From: the human T2T-CHM13v2.0 reference genome, Homo sapiens
DNA length: 64,000 nt
Strand: one strand, 5' to 3'
Assembly (NCBI RefSeq): GCF_009914755.1
Contig: NC_060945.1
The notes below the pieces were generated by a model, which was given only the letters and a program-made list of their open reading frames with translations, did not search any database and was not told the origin of the DNA. The translations under genes were made by a program, and so were the position numbers. Below are positions 1-15,000 of the stretch, in pieces (positions within the stretch are counted from its first letter, which is position 1; each line of letters starts with the position of its first letter).

Positions 1-3000
1 GTGAAATATCTCTGCACTGATAAACTAGGTGGTGTAAACCTTGTCCAAGCTCTGCCTACAGGGGCGTTTCCACATATCCCTGAACTGATGACAGAGGTGA
101 TGTAACTCTTGCCTAGGCTTTGCCTGCAGGAAACATTGGACATATATCTGCACTGATCACCCAGGTGATGCAACTCTTGCTTAGGCTTTGCCTACAAGGG
201 ACATTGTGACATATCTCTTCAATGATCACACATGTGATGCATCTCTTGCCTAGGCTTTGCCTACAGGGGACATTGTGACATATCCCTGCACTGATCTCCC
301 AGGTGCTGTAACTTTAGTCTAGGCTCTGTCTACACGGCATTGTGACATATCACTGCACTGATCAACCAGGTGATATAACTCTTGTATTGGCTCTGCCTAA
401 AGGGGGATTGTGACCTACCTCTGCACTGATCACCCAGGTGATATAACTCTTCTCTAGGATCTTCCTACAGGGTACTTTGTGACATATCCCCGCACTGATC
501 ACCCAGGTGATCCATCTCTGGTCTAAGCTCTGCCTAAAGGGGCATTGTGACAGATCTCTGCACTGATCACTCAGGTGATGTAATTAATGTCTAGGCTCTG
601 CTTCAAGGGGCCTTGTCACATATGTCTGCACTGATCACCTAGGTAATGTAACTCTTGTCTAGGCTCTGCTTCCAGGGCATATTGTGACATATCTATGCAC
701 TGATCACCTTAGTGATGTAACACTTTTGTAGGCTCGGCCTACAGGGGAATCTTGACATATCTCTGCACTGTTAACCGAGGTGATGTAACACTTGTCTAGA
801 CTGTGCCCACAGGGGGATTGAGTCATATCTCTGCACTGATCCCGAGGTGATACAACTCTTGCCTGGTCTCTGCCTACTGTGGACATTGTGACATATCTCT
901 GCACTGATCCCCCAGGTGCTGTAACTTTAGTCTAGGCTCTGGGCACACGGCATTGTGACATATCACTGCACTGATCACCCAGGCGATATAACTGTTCTCT
1001 AAGATCTGACCACAGGGTGCTTTGTGACATATCCCTGCAATGATCACCCAGGTGATATACCACTTGCCAAGGCTCTGCCTACAGGGGCATTGCAATGTAT
1101 CTCTGCACTGATCACCTAGGTCTTGTAGCTATTTTCTAGGATCTGCCTACAGGGTGCTTTGTGACGTGTCCCAGCAAGGATTACCCAGGTGATGTAGCTC
1201 TCATCAAGGCTCTGCCTACAGGCACTTTGTGATGTATCTCTGCACTGATCACCTAGGTCATGTAACTTTTTTCTAGGCTCTACCTACGATGGCATTGTGA
1301 CATATCTCTGCACTAATCATCCAAGTGATGTAACCCTAGTCTATGATGTGCCTAAATTAACTTTTTGACATAACCCTGTACTGATCATCCAGGTGATGGA
1401 GCTTTTGTCTAGGCTCTGCCTAAGGGGGCATTGTGACATTATTCTGCATTGATCACCCAGGTGGCGAACTCTTCTCTCGTATCTGCCTATGGGGGCATTG
1501 TGAGAAACCTCTGCACTGATCACCCAGGTGATGTAACTGTTGTGTAACCTCTGCCTACAGGGGAATTGTGAGAGATCTCGTCACTGATTACCCAAGTGAT
1601 GTAACCGTTGTCTAGGCTTTGCATACAGGGGGCTTTGTGACATACCTTTGCACTGATCAGCCAGGTGATGTAACACATCTAAGTTCGGCCTAAAGGAGCT
1701 TTGTGACATATCTCTGCACTGATCACTTAGGTGATGTAACACTTTTATAATCACTGCCTACAGGGAATTTTGACAAATCTCTGCACTGATCACCTAGGGG
1801 ATGTAACTCTTGTCTACCCTCTGTCCAACGGGGCATTGTGAAATATCTCTGCACTGATCGCCCAGGTGATTCAACTCTTGACTAGGAACTGCCTACAGAG
1901 GTTATTGTGAAATATCTCTGCACTGATAAACTAGGTGGTGTAACCCTTGTCCAAGCTCTGCCTGCAGGGGCCTTTCCACATATCCCTGAACTGATGACAG
2001 AGGTGATGTAACTCTTGCCTAGGCTTTGCCTACAGGGAGCATTGGACATATATCTACACTGATCACCCAGGTGATGCAACTCTTGCCTAGGCTTTGCCTA
2101 CAGGGGACATTGTGACATATCTCTTCAATGATCACTCATGTGATGCATCTCTTGCCTAGGCTTTGCCTAGAGGGGACATTGTGACATATCTCTGCACTGA
2201 TCTCCCAGGTGCTGTAACTTTAGTCTAGGCTCTGGCTACACGGCATTGTGACATATCACTGCACTGATCAACCAGGTGATATAACTCTTGTATAGGCTCT
2301 ACCTACAGGGGGATTGTGACCTACCTCTGCTCTGATCACCCAGGTGATATAACTCTTCTCTAGGATCTGCCTACAGGGTACTTTGTGACATATCCCTGCA
2401 CTGATCACCCAGGTGATCTAACTCTGGTCTAAGCTCTTCCTAAAGGGGCATTGTGACAGATCTCTGCACTGATCACTCAGGTGATGTAACTGTTGTCTAG
2501 GCTCTGCTTCAAGGGGCCTTGTCACAAGTCTCTGCACTGATCACCGAGGTGATGTAACTCTTTTCTAGCCTCTGCTTTCACGGCATATTGTGACATATCC
2601 ATGCGCTGATCACCTTAGTGATGTAACACTTGTGTAGGCTCGGCCTACAGGGGAATCTTGACATATCTCTGCACTGTTAACCGAGGTGATTTAACTCTTC
2701 TCTAGGCTGTGCCCACAGGGGTATTGAGACATATCTCTGCACTGATCCCGAGGTGATCCAACTCTTGCCTGGTCTCTGCCTACTGGGGACATTGTGACAT
2801 ATCTCTGCACTGATCTCCCTTGTGCTGCAACATTCGTCTAGGCTCTGGCTACACGACATTGTGACATATCAGTGCACTGATCACATAGGTGATATAACTC
2901 TTGTCTAGGCTCTGCCTACAATGGTCTTGTGACATATCTCTGCACTGATCACCCAGGTGATATAACTATTCTCTAGGATCTGACCACAGGGTGCTTTGTG

Positions 3001-6000
3001 ATGTATCCCTGCAATGATCACCCAGGTGATATACCACTTGCCAATGCTCTGCCTACAGGGGCATTGCAATGTATCTCAGCACTGATCACCCAGGTCTTGT
3101 AACTCTTTTCTAGGATCTGCCTACAGGGTGTTTGTGACGTATCCCAGCAAGTATTACCCAGGTGATGTACTGCTCATCAAGGCTCTGCCTACAGGCACAT
3201 TGCGATGTATCTCTGCACTGATCACCTAGGTCATGTAACCTTTGTCTAGTCTCTGCCTACGATGGCATTGTGACATATTTCTGCACTAATCATCCAAGTG
3301 ATGTAACTCTTTTCTAGGATCTGCCTACATTAACTTTGTGACATAATCCTGTACTGATCATCCAGGTGATGGGGTTTTTGTCTAGGCTCTGCCTAAGGGG
3401 GCATTGTGACATATTTCTGCATTGATCACCCAGGTGGTGAACTCTTCTCTTGGATCTGCCTATGGGGGCATTGTGACAAATCTCTGCACTGATCACCCAG
3501 GTGTCGTAACTGTTGTGTAACCTCTGCCTACAGGGGAATTGTGAGAGATCTCGCCACTGATCACCCAAGTGATGTAACCATTGTCTAGGCTTTGCGTACA
3601 GGGGGCTTTGTGACATACCTTTGCACTGATCACCCAGGTGATGTAACACATCTAAGTTCGGCCTAAAGGAGCTTTGTGACATATCTCTGCACTGATCACT
3701 TAGGTGATGTAACACTTTTATAAGAACTGCCTACAGGGAATTTTGACAAATATGTACACTGATCACCTAGGTGATGTAACTCTTGTCTACCCTCTGTCCA
3801 ACGGGGCATTGTGAAATATCTCTGCACTGCTGACCCAGGTGATTCAACTCTTGACTAGGATCTGCCTACAGAGGATATTGTGAAATATCTCTGCACTGAA
3901 AAACTAGGTGGTGTAACCCTTGTCCAAGTTTTCCCTACAGGGGCGTTTTCACATATCCCTGAACTGATGACAAAGGTGATGTAACTCTTGCCTATGCTTT
4001 GCCTACAGGGGACATTGGACATATATCTGCACTGATCACCCAGGTGATGCAACTCTTGCCTAGGCTTTGCCTACAGGGGACATTGTGACATATCTCTTCA
4101 ATGATCACCCATGTGATGCAACGCTTGCCTAGGCTTTGCCTACAGGGGACATTGTGACATATCTCTGCACTGATTTCCCAGGTGCTGTAACTTTAGGCTA
4201 GGCTCTGGCTACACGGCATTGTGATATATCACTGCACTGAACAACCAGGTGATATAACCCCTGTATAGGCTCTGTCTACAGGGGGCTTGTGACATATCTC
4301 TCCACGGATCACCCAGGTGATATAGCTCTTCTCTAGGATCTGCCTACAGGGTGCTTTGTGACATATCCCTGCACTGATCACCCTGGTGATCTAACTCTTG
4401 TCTAAGCTCTTCCTAAAGGGGCATTGTGACAGATCTCTGCACTGATCACTCAGGTGATGTAACTGTTGTCTAGGCTCTGCTTCAAGGGGCCTTGTCACAA
4501 ATCTCTGCACTGATCACCCAGGTGATGTAACTCTTGTCTAGGCTCTGCTTCCAGGGCATATTGTGACATATCTATGCACTGATCACCTTAGTGATGTAAC
4601 ACTTGTGTAGGCTCGGCCTACAGGGGAATCTTGACATACTCTGCACTGTTAAACGAGGTGATTTAACTCTTCTCTAGGCTGTGCCCACAGGAGGATTGAG
4701 ACATATCTCTGCACTGATCCCGAGGTGATCCAACTCTTGCCTGGTGTCTGCCTACTGGGGACATTGTGACATATCTCTGCACTGATCTCCCTTGTGCTGC
4801 AACTTTAGTCTAGGTTCTGGATACACGACATTGTGACATATCAGTGCACTGATCACATAGGTGATATAACTCTTGTCTAGGCTCTGCGTACAATGGTCTT
4901 GTGACATATCTCTGCACTGATCATCCAGGTGATATAACTATTCTCTAGGATCTGACCACAGGGTGCTTTGTGACATATCCCTGCAATGATCACCCAGGTG
5001 ATATACCACTTGCCAAGGCTCTGCCTACAGGGGCATTGCAATGTATCTCAGCACTGATCACCTAGGTCTTGTAACTCTTTTCTAGGATATGCCTACAGGG
5101 TGCTTTGTGACGTATCCCAGCAAGGATTACCCGGGTGATGTACCGCTCATCAAGGCTCTGCCTACAGGCACATTGCGATGTATCTCTGCACTGATCACCT
5201 AGGTCATGTAACCTTTGTCTAGTCTCTGCCTACGATGGCATTGTGACATATTTCTGCACTAATCATCCAACTGATGTAACTCTTGTCTAGGATCTGCCTA
5301 CATTAACTTTGTGATATAATCCTGTACTGATCATCCAGGTGATGGGGTTTTTGTCTAGGCTCTGCCTAAGGGGGTATTGTGACATATTTCTGCATTGATC
5401 ACCCAGGTGGCGAACTCTTCTCTTGTATCTGCCTATGCGGGCATTGTGACAAATCTCTGCACTGATCACCCAGGTGTCGTAACTGTTGTGTAACCTCTGC
5501 CTACAGGGGAATTGTGAGAGATCTCGCCACTGATCACCCAAGTGATGTAACCATTGTCTACGCTATGCGTACAGGGGGCTTTGTGACATACCTTTGCACT
5601 GATCACCCAGGTGATGTAACACATCTAAGTTCGGCCTAAAGGAGCTTTGTGACATATCTCTGCACTGATCACTTAGGTGATGTACCACTTTTATAAGCAC
5701 TGCCTACAGGGAATTTTGACAAATCTGTACACTGATCACCTAGGTGATGTAACTCTTGTCTACCCTCTGTCCAACGGGGCATTGTGAAATATCTCTGCAC
5801 TGATGACCCAGGTGATTCAACTCTTGACTAGGAACTGCCTACAGAGGTTATTGTGAAATATCTCTGCACTGATAAACTAGGTGGTGTAACCCTTGTCCAA
5901 GTTCTGCCTACAGGGGCGTTTTCACATATCCCTGAACTGATGACAAAGGTGATGTAACTCTTGCCTAGGCTTTGCCTACAGGGGACATTGGACATATATC

Positions 6001-9000
6001 TGCACTGATCACCCAGGTGATGCAACTCTTGCTTAGGGTTTGCCTACAGGGGACATTGTGACATATCTCTTCAATGATCACCCATGTGATGCAACTCTTG
6101 CCTAGGCTTTGCCTACAGGGGACATTGTGACATATCTCTGCACTGATTTCCCAGGTGCTGTAACTTTAGGCTAGGCTCTGGCTACACGGCATCGTGACAT
6201 ATCACTGCACTGAACAACCAGGTGATATAACCACTGTATAGGCTCTGCCTACATGGGGCTTGTGACATATCTCTGCACGGATCACCCAGGTGATATAGCT
6301 CTTCTCTAGGATCTGCCTACAGGGTGCTTTGTGATATATCCCTGCACTGATCACCCAGGTGATCTAACTCTGGTCTAAGCTCTTCCTAAAGGGGCATTGT
6401 GACAGATCTCTGCACTGATCACTCAGGTGTTGTAACTGTTGTCTAGGCTCTGCATCAAGGGGCCTTGTCACAACTCTCTGCATTGATCACCCAGGTGATG
6501 TAACTCTTGTCTAGGCTCTGCTTCCAGGGCATATTGTGACATATCTATGCACTGATCACCTTAGTGATGTAACACTTGTGTAGGCTCGGCCTACAGGGGA
6601 ATCTTGACATATCTCTGCACTGTTAACCGAGGTGATTTAATTCTTCTCTAGGCTGTGCCCACAAGGGATTGAGACATATCTCTGCACTGATCCCGAGGTG
6701 ATCCAACTCTTGCCTGGTCTCTGCCTACTGGGGACATTGTGACATATCTCTGCACTGATCTCCCTTGTGCTGCAACTTTCGTCTAGGCTCTGGCTACACG
6801 ACATTGTGACATATCAGTGCACTGATCACATAGGTGATATAACTCTTGTCTAGGCTCTGCCTACAATGGTCTTGTGACATATCTCTGCACTGATCACCCA
6901 GGTGATATAACTATTCTCTAGGATCTGACCACAGGGTGCTTTGTGACATATCCCTGCAATGATCACCCAGGTGATATACCACTTGCCAAGGCTCTGCCTA
7001 CAGGGGCATTGCAATGTATCTCAACACTGCTCACCTAGGTCTTGTAACTCTTTTCTAGGATCTGCCTACAGGGTGCTTTGTGACGTATCCCAGCGAGGAG
7101 TACCCAGGGGATGTACCGCTCATCAAGGCTCTGCCTACAGGCACATTGCGATGAATCTCTGCACTGATCACCTAGGTCATGTAACCTTTGTCTAGTCTCT
7201 GCCTATGATGGCATTGTGACATATGTCTGCACTAATCATCCAAGTGATGTAACTCTTGTCTAGGATCTGCCTACATTAACTTTGTGACATAATCCTGTAC
7301 TGATCATCCAGGTGATGGGGTTTTTGTCTAGGCTCTGCCTAAGGGGGCATTGTGACATATTTCTGCGTTGATCACCCAGGTGGTGAACTCTTCTCTTGGA
7401 TCTGCCTATGGGGGCATTGTGACAAATCTCTGCACTGATCACCCAGGTGATGTAACTGTTGTGTAACCTCTGCCTACAGGGGAATTGTGAGAGATCTCGC
7501 CACTGATCACCCAAGTGATATAACCATTGTCTAGGCTTTGCGTACAGGCGGCTTTGTGACATACCTTTGCACTGATCAGCCAGGTGATGTAACACATCTA
7601 AGTTCGGCCTATAGGAGCTTTGTGACATATCTCTGCACTGATCACTTAGGTGATGTAACACTTTTATAAGCACTGCCTGCAGGGAATTTTGACAAATCTG
7701 TACACTGATCACCTAGGTGATGTAACTCTTGTCTACCCTCTGTCCAACGGGGCATTGTGAAATATCTCTGCACTGATGACCCAGGTGATTCAACTCTTGA
7801 CTAGGATCTGCCTACAGAGGTTATTGTGAAATATCTCTGCACTGATAAACTAGGTGGTGTAAACCTTGTCCAAGTTCTGCCTACAGGGGCGTTTTCACAT
7901 ATCCCTGAACTGATGACAAAGGTGATGTAACTCTTGCCTAGGCTTTGCCTACAGGGGACATTGTGACATATCTCTTCAATGATCACCCATGTGATGCAAC
8001 TCTTGCCTAGGCTTTGCCTACAGGGGACATTGTGACATATCTCTGCACTGATTTCCCAGGTGCTGTAACTTTAGGCTAGGCTCTGGCTACACGGCATTGT
8101 GATATATCACTGCACTGAACAACCAGGTGATATAACCCCTGTATAGGCTCTGTCTACAGGGGGCTTGTGACATATCTCTGCACGGATCACCCAGGTGATA
8201 TAGCTCTTCTCTAGGATCTGCCTACAGGGTGCTTTGTGACATATCCCTGCACTGATCACCCTGGTGATCTAACTCTGGTTTAAGCTCTTCCTAAAGGGGC
8301 ATTGTGACAGATCTCTGCACTGATCACTCAGGTGATGTAACTGTTGTCTAGGCTCTGCTTCAAGGGGCCTTGTCACAAATCTCTGCACTGATCACCCAGG
8401 TGATGTAACTCTTGTCTAGGCTCTGCTTCCAGGGCATATTGTGACATATCTATGCACTGATCACCTTAGTGATGTAACACTTGTGTAGGCTCGGCCTACA
8501 GGGGAATCTTGACATACTCTGCACTGTTAAACGAGGTGATTTAACTCTTCTCTAGGCTGTGCCCACAGGAGGATTGAGACATATCCCTGCACTGATCCCG
8601 AGGTGATCCAACTCTTGCCTGGTCTCTGCCTACTGGGGACATTGTGACATATCTCTGCAGTGATCTCCCAGGTCCTGCAACTTTAGTCTAGGCTCTGGCT
8701 ACACGACATTGTGACATATCACTGCACTGATCACCCAGGTGATATAACTCTTGTCTAGGCTCTGCCTACAATGGTCATGTGACATATCTCTGCACTGATC
8801 ACCCAGGTGATATAACTATTCTCTAGGATCTGACCACAGGGTGCTTTGGGCATATCCCTGCAATGATCACCCAGGTGATATACCACTTGCCAAGGCTCTG
8901 CCTACAGGGGCATTGCAATGTATGTCTGCACTGATCACCTAGGCCTTGTAACTCTTTTCTAGGATCTGCCTACAGGGTGCTTTGTGACGTATCCCAGCAA

Positions 9001-12000
9001 GGATTACCCAGGTGATGTACCGCTCATCAAGGCTCTGCCTACAGGCACATCGCGATGTATCTCTCCACTGATCACCTAGGTCATGTAACCATTGTCTAGG
9101 CTCTGCCTACGATGGCATTGTGACATATCTCTGCACTAATCATCCAAGTGATGTAACACTTGTCTAGGATCTGCCTAAATTAACATTGTGACATAACCCT
9201 GTACTGATCATCCAGGTGATGGGGCTTTTGTCTAGGCTCTGCCTAAGGGGGCATTGTGACATATTTCTGCATTGATCACCCAGGTGGCGAACTCTTCTCT
9301 TGGATCTGCCTATGGGGGCATTGTGACAAATCTCTGCACTGATCACCCAGGTGACGTAACTGTTGTGTAACCTCTGCCGACAGGGGAATTGTGAGAGATC
9401 TCGCCACTGATTACCCAAGTGATATAACCATTGTCTAGGCTTTGCGTACAGGCGGCTTTGTGACATACCTTTGCACTGATCACCCAGGTGATGTAACACA
9501 TCTATGTTCGGCCTAAAGGCGCTTTGTGACATATCTCTGCACTGATCACTTAGGTGATGTAACACTTTTATAACCACTGCCTACAGGGAATTTTGACAAA
9601 TCTGTACACTGATCACCTAGGTGACGTAACTCTTGTCTACCCTCTGTCCAACGGGTCATTGTGAAATATCTCTGCACTGATCACCCAGGTGATTCAATTC
9701 TTGACTAGGATCTGCCTACAGAGGTTATTGTGAAATATCTCTGCACTGATAAACTAGGTGGTGTAAACCTTGTCCAAGCTCTGACTACAGGGGCGTTTTC
9801 ACATATCCCTGAACTGATGACAGAGGTGATGTAACACTTGCCTAGGCTTTGCCTACAGGGGACATTGGTCATATATCTGCACTGATCTCCCAGGTGATGC
9901 AACTCTGGCCTAGGCTTTGCCTACAGGGGACATTGTGACATATCTCTTCAATGATCACCCATGTGATGCAACTCTTGCCTAGGCTTTGCCTAAAGGGGAC
10001 ATTGTGACATATCTCTGCACTGATCTCCCAGGTGCTGTAACTTTAGTCTAGGCTCTGGCTAGACGGCATTGTGACATATCACTGCACTGATCAACCAGGT
10101 GATACAACTCTTGTATAGGCTCTGCCTACAGGGGGCTTGTGACATATCTCTGCACTGATCACCCAGGTGATATAGCTCTTCTCTAGGATCTGCCTACAGG
10201 GTGCTTTGTGACATATCCCTGCACTGATCACCCAGGTGATCTAACTCTGGTCTAAGCTCTGCCTAAAGGGTCATTGTGACAGATCTCTGCACTGATCACT
10301 CAGGTGATGTGACTGTTGTCTAGGCTCTGCTTCAAGGGGCCTTGTCACATATCTCTGCACTGATCACCCAGGTGATGTAACTCTTGTCTAGGCTCTGCTT
10401 CCAGGGCATATTGTGACATATCTATGCACTGATCACCTTAGTGATGTAACACTTGTGTAGGCTCGGCCTACAGGGGAATCTTGACATATCTCTGCACTGT
10501 TAACCGAGGTGATTTAACTCTTGTCTAGGCTGTGCCCACAGGGGGTTTGAGACATATCTCTTCACTGATCCCGAGGTGATCCAACTCTTGCCTGGTCTCT
10601 GCCTACTGGGGACATTGTGACATATCTCTGCACTGATCTCCCAGGTGCTGCAACTTTAGTCTAGGCTCTGGGTACACGACATTGTGAAATATCACTGCAC
10701 TGATCACCCAGGTGATATAACTCTTGTCTAGGCTCTGCCTACAATGGTCTTGTGACATATCTCTGCACTGATCACCCAGGTGATATAACTATTCTCTAGG
10801 ATCTGACCACAGGGTGCTGTGTGACATATCCCTGCAATGATCACCCAGGTGATATACCACTTGCCAAGGCTCTGCCTACATGGGCATTGCAATGTATCAC
10901 TGCATTGATCACCTAGGTCTTGTAACCCTTTTCTAGGATCTGCCTACAGGGTGCTTTGTGACGTATCCCAGCAAGGATTACCCAGGTGATATACCGCTCA
11001 TCAAGGCTCTGCCTACAGGCACATTGCGATGTATCTCTGCACTGATCACCTAGGTCATGTAAGCTTTGTCCAGGCTCTGCCTACGATGGCATTGTGACAT
11101 ATCTCTGCACTAATCATCCAAGTGATGTAACACTTGTCTAGGATCTGCCTAAATTAACTTTTTGACATAACCCTGTACTGATCATCCAGGTGATGGAGCT
11201 TTTGTCTAGGCTCTGCCTAAGGGGGCATTGTGACATATTTCTGCATTGATCACCCAGGTGGCGAACTCTTCTATTGGATCTGCCTATGGGGGCATTGTGA
11301 CAAATCTCTGCACTGATCACCCAGGTGACGTAACTGTTGTGTAACCTCTGCCGACAGGGGAATTGTGAGAGATCTCGCCACTGATCACCCAAGTGATGTA
11401 ACCATTGTCTACGCTTTGCGTACAGGTGGCTTTGTGACATACCTTTGCACTGATCACCCAGGTGATGTAACACATCTATGTTCGGCCTAAAGGAGCTTTG
11501 TGACATATCTCTGCACTGATCACTTAGGTGATGTAACACTTTTATAACCACTGCCAACAGGGAATTTTGACAAATCTGTACACTGATCACCTAGGTGACG
11601 TAACTCTTGTCTACCCTCTGTCCAACGGGTCATTGTGAAATATCTCTGCACTGATCACCCAGGTGATTCAACTCTTGACTAGGATCTGCCTACAGAGGTT
11701 ATTGTGAAATATCTCTGCACTGATAAACTAGGTGGTGTAAGACTTGTCCAAGCTCTGCCTACAGGGGCGTTTTCACATATCCCTGAACTGACGACAGAGG
11801 TGATGTAACACTTGCCTAGGCTTTGCCTACAGGGGACATTGGACATATATCTGCACTGATCTCCCAGGTGATGCAACAATGGCCTAGGCTTTGCCTACAG
11901 GGGACATTGTGACATATCTCTGCACTGATCTCCCAGGTGCTGTAACTTTAGTCTAGGCTCTGGCTACACGGCCTTGTGACATATCACTGCACTGATCAAC

Positions 12001-15000
12001 CAGGTGATATAACTCTTGTATTGGCTCTGCCTACAGGGGGCTTGTGACATATCTCTGCACTGATCACCCAGGTGATATAGCTCTTCTCTAGGATCTCCCT
12101 ACAGGGTGCTTTGTGACATATCCCTGCACTGATCACCCAGGTGATCTAACTCTGGTCTAAGCTCTACCTAAATGGGCATTGTGACAGATCTCTGCACTGA
12201 TCACCCAGGTGATGTACTTGTTGTCTACGCTCTGCTTCAAGGGGCCTTGTCACATATCTCTGCACTGATCACCCAGGTGATGTAACTCTTGTCTAGGCTC
12301 TGCTTGCAGGGCATATTGTGACATATCTATGCACTGATCACCTTAGTGATGTACCACTTGTGTAGGCTCGGCCTACAGGGGAATCTTGACAAATCCCTGC
12401 ACTGTTAACCGAGGTGATTTAACTCTTGTCTAGGCTGTGCCCACAGGGGGTTTGAGACATATCTCTGCACTGATCTCGAGGTGATCCAACTCTTGCCTGG
12501 TCTCTGCCTACTGGGGACATTGTGACATATCTCTGCACTGATCTCCCAGGTGCTGCAACTTTAGTCTAGGCTCTGGGTACACGACATTGTGACATATCAC
12601 TGCACTGATCACCCAGGTGATATAACTCTTGTCTAGGCTCTGCCTACAATGGTCTTGTGACATATCTCTGCACTGATCACCCAGGTGATATAACTATTCT
12701 CTAGGATCTGACCACAGGGTGCTGTGTGACATATCCCTGCAATGATCACCCAGGTGATATACCACTTGCCAAGTCTCTGCCTACATGGGCATTGCAATGT
12801 ATCTCTACACTGATCACCTAGGTCTTGTAACTCTTTCTAGGATCTGCCTACAGGGTGCTTTGTGACGTATCCCAGCAAGGATTACCCAGGTGATGTACCG
12901 CTCATCAAGGCTCTGCCTACAGGCACATCGCGATGTATCTCTGCACTGATCACCTAGGTCATGTAACCTTTGTCTAGGCTCTGCCTACGATGGCATTGTG
13001 ACATATCTCTGCACTAATCATCCAAGTGATGTAACACTTGTCTAGGATCTGCCTAAATTAACTTTGTGACATAACCCTGTACTGATCATCCAGGTGATGT
13101 GGCTTTTGTCTAGGCTCTGCCTAAGGGGGCATTGTGACATATTTCTGCATTGATCACCCAGGTGGCGAACTCTTCTCTTGGATCCGCCTATGGGGGCATT
13201 GTGACAAATCTCTGCACTGATCACCCAGGTGACGTAACTGTTGTGTAACCTCTGCCGACAGGGGAATTGTGAGAGATCTCGCCACTGATCACCCAAGTGA
13301 TGTAACCATTGTCTAGGCTTTGCGTACAGGCGGCTTTGTGACATACCTTTGCACTGATCACCCAGGTGATGTAACACATCTATGTTCGGCCTAAAGGAGC
13401 TTTGTGACATATCTCTGCACTGATCACTTAGGTGATGTAACACTTTTATAACCACTGCCTACAGGGAATTTTGACAAATCTGTACACTGATCACCTAGGT
13501 GACGTAACTCTTGTCTACCCTCTGTCCAACGGGTCATTGTGAAATATCTCTGCACTGATCACCCAGGTGATTCAACTCTTGACTAGGATCTGCCTACAGA
13601 GGTTATTGTGAAATATCTCTGCACTGATAAACTAGGTGGTGTAAGCCTTGTCCAAGCTCTGCCTACAGGGGCGTTTGCACATATCCCTGAACTGATGACA
13701 GAGGTGATGTTACACTTGCCTAGGCTTTGCCTACAGGGGACATTGGACATATATCTGCAGTGATCTCCCAGGTGATGCAACTCTGGCCTAGGCTTTGACT
13801 ACAGGGGACATTGTGACATATCTCTTCAATGATCACCCATGTGATGCAACTCTTGCCTAGGCTTTGCCTAAAGGGGACATTGTGACATATCTCTGCACTG
13901 ATCTCCCAGGTGCTGTAACTTTAGTCTAGGCTCTGGCTACACGGCATTGTGACATATCACTGCACTGATCAACCAGGTGATATAACTCTTGTATAGGCTC
14001 TGCCTACAGGGGGATTGTGACATATCTCTGCACTGATCACCCAGGTGATATAGCTCTTCCTTAGGATCTGCCTACAGGGTGCTTTGTGACATATCCCTGC
14101 ACTGATCACCCAGGTGATCTAACTCTGGTCTAAGCTCTGCCTAAAGGGGCATTGTGACAGACCTCTGCACTGATCACTCAGGTGATGTAACTGTTGTCTA
14201 GGCTCTGCTTCAAGGGGCCTTGTCACATATCTCTGCACTGATCACCCAGGTGATGTAACTCTTGTCTAGGCTCTGCTTCCAGGGCATATTGTGACATATC
14301 TATGCACTGATCACCTTAGTGATGTAACACTTGTGTAGGCTCGGCCTACAGGGGAATCTTGACATATCTCTGCACTGTTAACCGAGGTGATTTAACTCTT
14401 GTCTAGGCTGTGCCCACAGGGGGATTGAGACATATCTCTGCACTGAACCCGAGGTGATCCAACTCTTGCCTGGTCTCTGCCTACTGGGGACATTGTGACA
14501 TATCTCTGCACTGATCTCCCAGGTGCTGCAACTTTAGTCTAGGCTCTGGCTACACGACATTGTGACATATCACTGCACTGATCACCCAGGTGATATAACT
14601 CTTGTCTAGGCTCTGCCTACAATGGTCTTGTGACATATCTCTGGACTGATAACCCAGGTGGTATAACTATTCTCTAGGATCTGACCACAGGGTGCTTTGG
14701 GACATATCTCTTCAATGATCACCCAGGTGATATACCACTTGCCAAGGCTCTGCCTACAGGGGCATTGCAATGTATCTCTGCACGGATCACCTAGGTCTTG
14801 TAACTCCTTTCTAGGATCTGCCTACAGGGTGCTTTGTGACGTATACCAGCAAGGATTACTCAGGTGATGTACCGCTCATCAAGGCTCTGCCTACAGGCAC
14901 ATCGCGATGTATCTCTGCACTGATCACCTAGGTCATGTAAACTTTGTCTAGGCTCTGCCTACGATGGCATTGTGACATATCTCTGCACTAATCATCCAAG

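Noticed and set aside
7260-13042. Alternating 1904/1974/1904 spacing suggesting a 57-monomer super-HOR
   Set aside because: The two short units lack different monomers (A versus B) and belong to different haplotype blocks, so they are independent deletions.
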